DNA of 32,000 bases from positions 630,001-662,000 of the forward strand of contig NZ_CP074694.1 in assembly GCF_018398935.1 (NCBI RefSeq). The letters are read 5' to 3'. The notes under the pieces were generated by a model. That model was given only the letters and a program-made list of their open reading frames with translations, was not told the origin of the DNA and searched no databases. Below are positions 24,394 to 31,763 of the stretch, one piece after another. This DNA is from Telmatocola sphagniphila. Its GTDB lineage: Bacteria > Planctomycetota > Planctomycetia > Gemmatales > Gemmataceae. The stretch's first letter is position 1, and each line of letters starts with the position of its first letter. The position numbers were made by a program, and so were the translations under genes.

Positions 24394-25995
24394 TTAGAAA
24401 CGCAGCGTCGTGTCGAAGGCGAACATCAGCATATTCCGGCGCGTGCCATTATCGAATGCCGGTGCATCGTAGGAGCGGTAGTAGCCCACTTCCGGTCGGA
24501 ACTGTAAATACGCGTTGAAATTGTGGCTGATCCCGATGGTGTGGGAAGAATAATTCGTCGCATATCCCGATCGCATACCTTCCGCGTCATCCCACCATTC
24601 ATTTCGGAAGGTCAGATAGTCTTTGTCGCCCAAGGCATAGACCGTGTAATTCAGTACTCCGTAAGCTTTGGAAGTTCCCGGGATAACGGGCCCAGGTCCA
24701 CCACCACCTCCGAAGGCCTGAGGGGGGCCATTACTCGGCGTGCCTCCCAATCGCGCATCGGTCTCCCACATGAAGTAGGCTTCCGTGGCCGTGTGGAATT
24801 TGTCACTGAAAGTATGTGACCAGGTACCCACAACATAGTTGTAGTTGTCGTGGCCGCCGCTCGAAGATTCCCGATACTTGGCATCATTAATGGCATTATC
24901 CACCAGATATACCGAGTCCTTATTATCGGTGGATGTCCATTTGACGCCCAGCATCCCCGTGGGAATTGCGTCGTGCGACCAGGGAGCCATATCCCCACCG
25001 GCATAAATACCAGCCTGGACTTGCCACTGCTCGGTCAGACGAACGGTCGTCAGGACCCCCGTATGGGTGTAATCGTCATAAGTGAAAAGAATGGAGTGCG
25101 ATGCCAGGTAATTATCCGGAGCCAGTTGGGCTTCGATATCGGGAGGCGAAATGTAGCGACCGGCTCGGATCGTGACCCCTTCGGCTATCCACGGAATGTA
25201 GAAGTCGCCATAGTATTCCAGCGGGTCGTAGCCATAAAGGCGATTATTCTTCAGTAATTGATCGCTGAAGTTGCCTTCGGAAGTGGTGTAGCGGTAATCG
25301 ATCCCATAGAGACTGGTCAGTCGGAAGCCCCAGTCGAAATGGTCGGTTTGCACGGTATCGAGTAGCCGTTCCGCACGAAAAACCAGTTGATCGAGTTCAG
25401 CCCGATTCGGAACGACAAAATACGAAGTAGGCGAGTTCGATTGCTTATTAGTGCTGAAGTTGCCGGAAACGGTTGCCCAACCATACAAAGCGATTCGATT
25501 GTCTTTCAGGAAATTTCCAAACGGAGTTCCATCAAGCGCTTTTTGAAAAGGGCCGAGCACAGGTTCCTGCGGTAAACCAATGATGGGACCCTGGTATTCC
25601 AGAACCGGCCAGGAATAAGCGGGGTAAGGAGCGGGCAACCCACGGCGTGCTGGCGGAGGAGTATCTTCCGCCGGTTCGTCCTTCTTGCAGAACTCCGCTT
25701 TATAGGTTTTGAGTACTCGGAGGAAATAAGAGCCCTCAACGGGTTCGTCGGCTTTTTTGTCCTCCGCTTTCGTTTCTTCAGGCTTGGCCATCGAATCCGC
25801 GGCGGGAGTATTGCCGTTGGCAGCCGGCGTGCCTGGCACGGTCTGGCCGCTCGAGGGTTTAGGCGCCTTGAGGACAATGACCGTGCTCAAGGGATTATCC
25901 GATTCCAAATTCGGGGGAGCGGCGGTGTAATTGCTCTGCCCTATCGCGAGAGACAATCCGACGAGAACTTCCGTGAACACAATTCTCTCCTTCAA
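24394..25995 (-). CDS. Outer-membrane beta-barrel porin-like protein (paralogue 2)
   Basis: Up to 533 aa. It has a signal-like N-terminus (FTEVLVGLSLAIGQS) and a ~170-aa Pro/Ala/Lys/Glu-rich linker. The barrel shares blocks with paralogue 1 (LYGYDPLEYYGDFYIP, YTHTGVLTT) and ends in TTLRF. The ORF-track start is TTG 25995. GTG at 25980 is preceded by AAGGAGA at a 6-nt spacing and is the more likely start. Confidence 0.72.
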   Translation of the reverse strand: MKERIVFTEVLVGLSLAIGQSNYTAAPPNLESDNPLSTVIVLKAPKPSSGQTVPGTPAANGNTPAADSMAKPEETKAEDKKADEPVEGSYFLRVLKTYKAEFCKKDEPAEDTPPPARRGLPAPYPAYSWPVLEYQGPIIGLPQEPVLGPFQKALDGTPFGNFLKDNRIALYGWATVSGNFSTNKQSNSPTSYFVVPNRAELDQLVFRAERLLDTVQTDHFDWGFRLTSLYGIDYRYTTSEGNFSDQLLKNNRLYGYDPLEYYGDFYIPWIAEGVTIRAGRYISPPDIEAQLAPDNYLASHSILFTYDDYTHTGVLTTVRLTEQWQVQAGIYAGGDMAPWSHDAIPTGMLGVKWTSTDNKDSVYLVDNAINDAKYRESSSGGHDNYNYVVGTWSHTFSDKFHTATEAYFMWETDARLGGTPSNGPPQAFGGGGGPGPVIPGTSKAYGVLNYTVYALGDKDYLTFRNEWWDDAEGMRSGYATNYSSHTIGISHNFNAYLQFRPEVGYYRSYDAPAFDNGTRRNMLMFAFDTTLRF

Positions 25996-26348
25996 AGTGG
26001 TCGAATATCAAGAATTAGGAACTCACTGAGGGCCCAGGCTGAGGGCAAAAGGTTTCCCTATTTCCCCTGATCTTCGCCAGTATCCTCCAACTTCTGCAAA
26101 TCCGCATGATCAGTATAATCGACATAAAGGCGCTAAGATCTCATCAATTATGAGCATTACATTTTCAAAAGTGATCCGATATCTTGCGTGGTTTCGACGG
26201 AAGAACTGATAAATATTGATTTATTAAATTCTAGTTTATTATGACTGATGGCCAAGTTTTCGAAGGTCATTCTTCACAGAACATAAGATCTGGCAAGGAT
26301 TTATGATGAAAACGACGACTCGAGTCAATGCCATGACAAGTCTTTGAA

Positions 26349-26399
26349 TGCAACAAATGGCTTCTATTTGTTAAGCATTTTTTGCCTATTAAATAGGCA
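26349..26399. promoter_or_regulatory. Two adjacent dyad symmetries (candidate enhancer / activator-binding sites) upstream of amt
   Basis: TGCCTATT-A-AATAGGCA (26383-26399) is a perfect 17-bp palindrome. TGCAACAAAT-GGCTTCT-ATTTGTTAAGCA (26349-26377) contains perfect 7-bp arms AACAAAT/ATTTGTT. Their centres lie ~127 and ~155 bp upstream of the GG of the sigma-54-like element. Confidence 0.4.
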
Positions 26400-26516
26400 T
26401 TTTGTATCCAAATTTGACATTCTGGGAGCTGGATGAAGAAAATCTCATGAAATATTCGCGATTTAAGACGTTCCCACGCAAACGATTGCGCATATCAATA
26501 GCTTTTTGATTCGTTT

Positions 26517-26532
26517 CGGTACCAGGATTGCA
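26517..26532 (+). promoter_or_regulatory. Sigma-54 (-24/-12)-like promoter upstream of amt
   Basis: CGGTACCAGGATTGCA compared with consensus TGGCACG-N4-TTGCW. The GG (26518-26519) and TTGCA (26528-26532) sit at the canonical spacing, and 9 of 12 specified positions match. It ends ~90 nt upstream of the amt GTG. Confidence 0.45.
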
Positions 26533-26622
26533 TTAATGATAGTATGCGAGTGAAAACATACCTGCTTTAATTGAATTCGTCGCATTCACTATTACTCAAT
26601 CCCCGGCTAACGGAGAATATTC

Positions 26623-28809
26623 GTGAGGCATCAGCGATGTCTGCTCTTCATTGCAACTTTGTCTCTCTTGCTGGTTACTCAAACCAGTCCAGCCCGTGAA
26701 ATAAAACCTACCGCATTCACACCACCGCAATTCTCCGTTATTCGCTTCGATCTCAATAAACCAAGCACTAATTTGCCGGTAGCCGTGGCCAACAGCGAGT
26801 TCATCTATTATCAACCCCCTGCCGATGCGGCCAAAGCCAATCCCGACGAAGTCAAAAAACTCGCGCTGGATGCTGGCAAAGATGCAAAAGATGCCAAAGA
26901 CGAAGCGATAAAAGGGCAGGATCGAGCCGACTCGTCCTGGATGCTGATCTCCAGTGCGCTCGTGATGTTGATGGTACCCGGGCTGGCCCTGTTCTACGGC
27001 GGGATGGTTCGCAAGAAAAACATTCTGGCCACGATGATGCAAAGCTATGCCGCACTGGCAATCGTCGGCCTCTACTGGGTGATGTGCGGTTACGGTCTCG
27101 CTTTCGGGCCGTCCATCAATTTCTTCAAAGTCAGTTTCTGGGGAGTCTCGGAAGGCGGACTGGTAGGCTGGCACCCGGACCTATTTTTTCTGCGCGGGAT
27201 CGCCCCGGATCAAAAACTTCCCGGGAATGGCATCACCGTTTATCTGCACTGCATGTTTCAAGGTATGTTTGCAATCATCACCCCGGCTCTGATTTCAGGA
27301 GCGCTGGCAGAACGTATTCGATTTTGGCCTTTCTGCATCTACATGATTCTCTGGGTCACCGTGGTTTACTGTCCGCTGGCACACATGGTCTGGGCGAACG
27401 ATTTCTTTTATGACGATCCCCTGGATGAAGCGAAGGGTTTGGGTGGTTCCCCCATAGGTTTCCTTGGAAAACTGGGAGCCCTCGACTTCGCGGGAGGTAC
27501 GGTCGTTCACATCGCTGCCGGAACCGCCGGTCTGGCCTGTGCCTTGGTCCTCCGCCGTCGCCTGGGATATCCGAAAACCGTAGTTCATCCCAACAGTATG
27601 GTGCTGACCCTACTGGGTGCGGGATTGCTCTGGTTCGGCTGGTTCGGTTTCAACGGGGGTTCGGCCCTGAACAGTTCGCCCTTGGCGGGTTCGGCTTTCG
27701 CCGCGACGCAAGCCGCCGCCGCCGCTGCCGGCCTGAGCTGGATATTCGTGGAATGGCTATTCAAAGGGAAGCCGACTGCTCTGGGAATGGCTTCTGGGAT
27801 CGTTGCCGGTCTTGTAGCCGTTACCCCGGCCTCGGGATTTGTTTTCATCTGGGGGGGCGTGGCCATCGGCGTTCTGGCTGGGGTTCTCTGCTACTTCGCC
27901 GTTTCTCTCAAGGGGCTTTTTGGCTACGACGACTCCCTGGATGCCTTTGGTGTGCATGCCGTGGGGGGCTTCCTGGGTGCTATCCTGACGGGCTTTTTCT
28001 GCTACGCTCAAATTCAACCGGCCAGTGCGGATGGCTATTTTGCCGTTCCGTCGGTTTTAGCGGCCGGTCCAGTGCTGGATGAAAAAATCAAAAAGGTGGA
28101 GGCCGATTTGCCCGCGATTAAGAAAGCGGCGGAGGCAGCGGATGCCGAATTGACGAAGGCCGGTGATAAAGCGGATGACAAATTGAAGGAATCCACAGCG
28201 GTGGCTAAGGGCAAGCTCTCCCGCTTGGAGGCGAAGCTCGAAGGCCTGAAGAAAGACAAAGAAACCAATACGAAGGCCGTGGAATCCTACAAGAAGGACA
28301 ATATCGGCCCGATGACCCAGGTGATGAAGCAGGTCAAAGCGGCCTGTCTTTCGGCCGGTTTTGCCTTCGTAGCCAGTTTACTTCTGGCGATTCTCGTTCA
28401 GATCCTGACTTTGGGGAACTTCACTACATCCGCTAAGGAAGAGACCGAAGGTCTCGACCATACCGAGCATGGCGAAGTCGGCTTCGACTTCGGTTTAGGT
28501 ATCGAATCCTCAACGAGCGGTATGGGGGAACCGAAGGCTGCCAAGATGCCTCCGGGTGGCAAGCGCTTCAGCATAGAAATTGAAGGCACGGAAAACGGCA
28601 GCCTGATGAAAGCCTGGTCCGAGCTGTGCGTGCCGCAGACCGGGGCAGTGGATGCCGATTTTAAAGCGGTTTATCCGCACGTAACGACCGTGCAGGGGAC
28701 TAAGTTCTACTTCCGGGGTGGAGATTCCAAGAAGATTGCCTCGCACCTGTCCGCGCTGTTCAAAAAGAAGTTGGGTAAACCGGTGACTGTCAAAATCAAC
28801 GAGACCTGA
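26623..28809 (+). CDS. amt: Ammonium transporter (Amt/Mep/Rh family) with N-terminal extension, large TM10-TM11 loop insertion and extra C-terminal domain
   Basis: 728 aa. The GTG start has GGAG 7 nt upstream, followed by a signal peptide (MRHQRCLLFIATLSLLLVTQTSPA). Amt core blocks are WMLISSALVMLMVPGLALFYGG, LDFAGGTVVHIAAG (first twin-His), WFGWFGFNGGS, DDSLDAFGVHAVGG (second twin-His), and the cytoplasmic tail EGLDHTEHGE. The extra segments are described under findings. Confidence 0.93.
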   Translation: MRHQRCLLFIATLSLLLVTQTSPAREIKPTAFTPPQFSVIRFDLNKPSTNLPVAVANSEFIYYQPPADAAKANPDEVKKLALDAGKDAKDAKDEAIKGQDRADSSWMLISSALVMLMVPGLALFYGGMVRKKNILATMMQSYAALAIVGLYWVMCGYGLAFGPSINFFKVSFWGVSEGGLVGWHPDLFFLRGIAPDQKLPGNGITVYLHCMFQGMFAIITPALISGALAERIRFWPFCIYMILWVTVVYCPLAHMVWANDFFYDDPLDEAKGLGGSPIGFLGKLGALDFAGGTVVHIAAGTAGLACALVLRRRLGYPKTVVHPNSMVLTLLGAGLLWFGWFGFNGGSALNSSPLAGSAFAATQAAAAAAGLSWIFVEWLFKGKPTALGMASGIVAGLVAVTPASGFVFIWGGVAIGVLAGVLCYFAVSLKGLFGYDDSLDAFGVHAVGGFLGAILTGFFCYAQIQPASADGYFAVPSVLAAGPVLDEKIKKVEADLPAIKKAAEAADAELTKAGDKADDKLKESTAVAKGKLSRLEAKLEGLKKDKETNTKAVESYKKDNIGPMTQVMKQVKAACLSAGFAFVASLLLAILVQILTLGNFTTSAKEETEGLDHTEHGEVGFDFGLGIESSTSGMGEPKAAKMPPGGKRFSIEIEGTENGSLMKAWSELCVPQTGAVDADFKAVYPHVTTVQGTKFYFRGGDSKKIASHLSALFKKKLGKPVTVKINET

Positions 28810-28869
28810 CAACCAGGTTTCGGGCAATGCCCCAGCCGGCAAAATATACTCTCACAAAGGTGATTAGAA

Positions 28870-29223
28870 GTGAAACTGGTCGTAGCGATCATCCGGCCCG
28901 AAAAGCTGGAGGAAGTTCAAAAGGCTCTCAATCAAGTCGACGTGTATTTAATGACTGTGTCCGACGTGCGGGGCTGCGGTCGCCAGCGCGGCTTCACGGA
29001 AGTTTATCGCGGCACGGAAATTCAGATCCGGCTGCTGCCGAAGATCAAGCTGGAAATCGCCGTGAACGAGGCTTTCGTGGAAGCCACGGTGGAAGCCATC
29101 GTGCACGCGGCTCGCACCGAAGAGACGGGGCAGATCGGAGATGGCAAAATCTTCGTTCTGCCGCTCGATGATGCTATTCGAATTCGGACGGGCGAACGGG
29201 GCCCAACGGCGATCGGACCCTGA
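28870..29223 (+). CDS. glnK: PII nitrogen regulatory protein (GlnK-type by its position after amt)
   Basis: 117 aa. The GTG start has GGTGA upstream. Motifs are MKLVVAIIRPEKLEEV, T-loop GCGRQRGFTEVYRGTEIQIRLLPK, TGQIGDGKIFV and IRIRTGE. Position 51 is Ile, not Tyr. Confidence 0.93.
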   Translation: MKLVVAIIRPEKLEEVQKALNQVDVYLMTVSDVRGCGRQRGFTEVYRGTEIQIRLLPKIKLEIAVNEAFVEATVEAIVHAARTEETGQIGDGKIFVLPLDDAIRIRTGERGPTAIGP

Positions 29224-29289
29224 TCAAAACCGCAATTTTTACCCGTTTCCATCCGGATCGCGCGCGGTATAGTATTGTCATTCACCTCA

Positions 29290-29308
29290 GGTAGGCAGGC
29301 TGCCTACC
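29290..29308. promoter_or_regulatory. 19-bp near-perfect palindrome GGTAGGCAG-G-CTGCCTACC between glnK and the GS III gene
   Basis: It has 9-bp perfect arms around a single central nt. It lies 67 nt after the glnK stop and 72 nt before the GS III ATG. The one-nt centre argues for a dimeric protein operator. A 7-bp-stem hairpin (loop AGGCT) is also possible, but no U-tract follows. Confidence 0.45.
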
Positions 29309-29379
29309 CAGTTGGCATTCGTAGGAAACACATTCACCACGAACGGAAATATTTTTAACATCACAGGGAAGCTCCTAGC

Positions 29380-31563
29380 ATGGCGAAGTTGAACGGTCGG
29401 CAAAACATCATTCACAACATTGCAACCTCTCGGCACAAACTGGATAACGTGAATTTCAAAGAGAGCCATTTCAAAGAAATCTTCGGCTCGAATGTCTTCA
29501 ACGAATCGGTCCAGCGAGAAAGACTGTCCAAGCCGGTCTTCAAAGCTCTCCAGCGAACCATCAAGCTGGGCACCACGCTCGATGCCGCCATTGCCGACGC
29601 CGTGGCTTCCGCGATGAAGGATTGGGCCCTGGAGAAAGGGGCCACCCACTTTACGCACCTGTTCCAGCCGATGACCGGCTTGACCGCTGAAAAGCACGAT
29701 AGCTTTCTGTCTCCGTCGGGCGACGGTAATGCGATCGCGGAATTCAGCGGCAAGGAACTTTGCCAGGGCGAACCCGATGCCAGCTCGTTCCCCTCAGGTG
29801 GTTTGCGAGCGACCTTCGAGGCTCGCGGTTACACCGCCTGGGATCCGACCAGCCCAGCCTACATCCAGGAGAACCCCAACGGTTCCACGCTGGTAATTCC
29901 TACCGCTTTCATTTCGTGGACGGGCGAAGCTCTCGACAAGAAGACGCCTCTGTTGCGTTCGATGGAAGCACTGTCCACCCAGGCCAAGCGAATTCTGAAA
30001 CTGTTCGGGAAAGATTGCAGCAAGGTCTTCACCACCGTGGGCCCCGAACAGGAATACTTCCTGATCGACAGCCAGTTCTTCTTCGCTCGTCCCGACCTTT
30101 TGAATGCCGGCCGTACGCTTTTCGGAGCGAATCCTCCCAAGGGGCAGGAACTCGAAGACCAGTACTTCGGGGCCATTCCGGAACGCGTTCTGGCCTGCAT
30201 GGCCGATGCCGAAACTCAACTGTTCAAGCTGGGAGTTCCGGTGAAGACCCGCCATAATGAAGTGGCCCCCAGCCAGTACGAAATTGCGCCGATTTTCGAA
30301 GATTCGAACCTGGCTACCGACCACAATCAACTCGTGATGGAAGTGATTCGTCGCACGGCTCCGAAGTATGGACTGGCCGCTCTGTTCCACGAAAAGCCTT
30401 TTGCCGGCATCAATGGTTCGGGCAAGCACAATAACTGGTCCATGTCGTCCGACGATGGCGAAAACCTTCTGAATCCCGGTTCGACGCCGCACGAAAATGC
30501 ACAGTTCCTGGTCTTCTGCGTGGCTGTGATTCGGGCTGTCGCCAAGTATCCCGAACTTCTGCGAGTGACCGTCAGCGGTGCCAACAACGATCATCGTCTG
30601 GGCGCCAACGAAGCTCCGCCGGCAATTATCTCGATCTTCCTGGGCGACCAACTCCAGGACATCATGGATCAGCTCGAAAAGGGCGCGGCCAAATCGACCA
30701 AGCAGGGCGGCTTTATGGAAATCGGCGTTTCGGTTCTTCCGAAACTTCCCAAAGACGCCGGCGACCGCAATCGAACCAGTCCTTTCGCTTTCACCGGCAA
30801 CAAGTTCGAGTTCCGTGCCGTGGGCAGTTCCCAGTCGATTGCGGGACCGAATACCGTTCTGAACACCATCGTTTCGGAATCGCTGGATTTCATTGCTACA
30901 GAACTGGAAAAAGTTACCGCGGGCGGAAAGAATCTGAACTTGGCCGTGCAGGAGTTGCTGCCGAAAATCCTCAAGGATAGCAAGAAAGTGCTGTTCAACG
31001 GCGACGGCTACTCCGAAGAATGGCACAAAGAAGCTGAAAAGCGCGGACTGCCGAATCTGAAGAATACCGTAGACGCCCTGGCCAAGATCGTAAGCAAGGA
31101 AAGTCTGGAACTTTTCGCGAAGTACAAAGTGTATAACGAAGCCGAGCTTCGAAGCCGCTTTACCATTCTCTGCGAAAACTATGTCAAAGTCGTCACCGTG
31201 GAAGCGAAACTGACCAGTTTCATGGCCAAGACAATGATTATTCCCGCCTGCCTGCGTTACCAGACCGAAGTTGCCGGTGCTGTGGCAACCAGCAAAGCCG
31301 CAGGTGTCGAGGCAACCACCTCCATGGAACTGTTGAAGACTTTAAATTCGCAGATTATTACTCTCTCCACGGCTGTGGCAAAGCTGGATGCGGTTCTCGC
31401 TCATCACGCCAGTGGTGAACCGTACGATCACTCCAAGTACTCGCGCGATGCCGCCGTCCCCGCCATGAACGAGGTTCGAGCGGCGGCCGATAAGCTGGAA
31501 GCGATTGTCGCGGATGATCTCTGGCCGATCCCGACCTATCGCGAAATGCTCTTCATTAAATAA
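29380..31563 (+). CDS. glnN: Glutamine synthetase, type III
   Basis: 727 aa, which is the GS III size class. It has a GS III-type N-terminal domain (FGSNVFNE...[22 protein letters not shown]). Catalytic blocks are [35 protein letters not shown] and [16 protein letters not shown]. Confidence 0.93.
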   Translation: MAKLNGRQNIIHNIATSRHKLDNVNFKESHFKEIFGSNVFNESVQRERLSKPVFKALQRTIKLGTTLDAAIADAVASAMKDWALEKGATHFTHLFQPMTGLTAEKHDSFLSPSGDGNAIAEFSGKELCQGEPDASSFPSGGLRATFEARGYTAWDPTSPAYIQENPNGSTLVIPTAFISWTGEALDKKTPLLRSMEALSTQAKRILKLFGKDCSKVFTTVGPEQEYFLIDSQFFFARPDLLNAGRTLFGANPPKGQELEDQYFGAIPERVLACMADAETQLFKLGVPVKTRHNEVAPSQYEIAPIFEDSNLATDHNQLVMEVIRRTAPKYGLAALFHEKPFAGINGSGKHNNWSMSSDDGENLLNPGSTPHENAQFLVFCVAVIRAVAKYPELLRVTVSGANNDHRLGANEAPPAIISIFLGDQLQDIMDQLEKGAAKSTKQGGFMEIGVSVLPKLPKDAGDRNRTSPFAFTGNKFEFRAVGSSQSIAGPNTVLNTIVSESLDFIATELEKVTAGGKNLNLAVQELLPKILKDSKKVLFNGDGYSEEWHKEAEKRGLPNLKNTVDALAKIVSKESLELFAKYKVYNEAELRSRFTILCENYVKVVTVEAKLTSFMAKTMIIPACLRYQTEVAGAVATSKAAGVEATTSMELLKTLNSQIITLSTAVAKLDAVLAHHASGEPYDHSKYSRDAAVPAMNEVRAAADKLEAIVADDLWPIPTYREMLFIK

Positions 31564-31629
31564 GGTAGCTCTGGAAGCCGACTGGAACTGACTCCGTCGG
31601 CCCTGAAGCCCTCCTGATAACCCCCCTTC

Positions 31630-31670
31630 AAAAATTCGCGAAAGAGTCAGCTGATTCCTCGCGAATTTTT
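31630..31670 (+). terminator. Rho-independent terminator after the GS III gene
   Basis: AAAAATTCGCGA (31630-31641) pairs perfectly with TCGCGAATTTTT (31659-31670). The intervening 17 nt can pair further around CAGCTG. The stem runs into a T5 tract. It is flanked by A5 on the left, so it could act in both directions. Confidence 0.75.
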
Positions 31671-31763
31671 GCATTTCTGACCAAAAAAGCGTCTAAAATC
31701 CAAGAGATATGGCATTTTTGAGACGGAAAATTGCCTTTTCTTTGGGAATTGTGGCGATTTTCG

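Noticed and set aside
26241-26347. Two tiny ORFs (21 aa MTDGQVFEGHSSQNIRSGKDL and 14 aa MMKTTTRVNAMTSL) in the AT-rich amt/porin-2 control region
   Set aside because: Neither has a Shine-Dalgarno-like sequence, and ORFs this short are expected by chance in 630 nt. I could not see attenuator-type alternative hairpins. They are kept only as a note inside the intergenic-region finding.
26596-27174. 192-aa ORF on the minus strand
   Set aside because: It is antisense to the 5' part of amt, including conserved Amt TM1-TM2 blocks on the sense strand.
29224-29379. Possible glutamine-riboswitch-like leader upstream of GS III (contains ACGGAAAT and GGGAAGC strings)
   Set aside because: I cannot reconstruct the three-stem glnA-RNA architecture or its conserved pairing from this sequence. 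I also do not trust my memory of the consensus enough. It needs an Rfam covariance scan before any claim.
29794-31026. 410-aa ORF on the minus strand
   Set aside because: It lies entirely antisense to the well-supported GS type III gene. Its composition is Arg/Gly/His/Phe-rich with no recognisable motif. This is a typical shadow ORF opposite a codon-biased gene.
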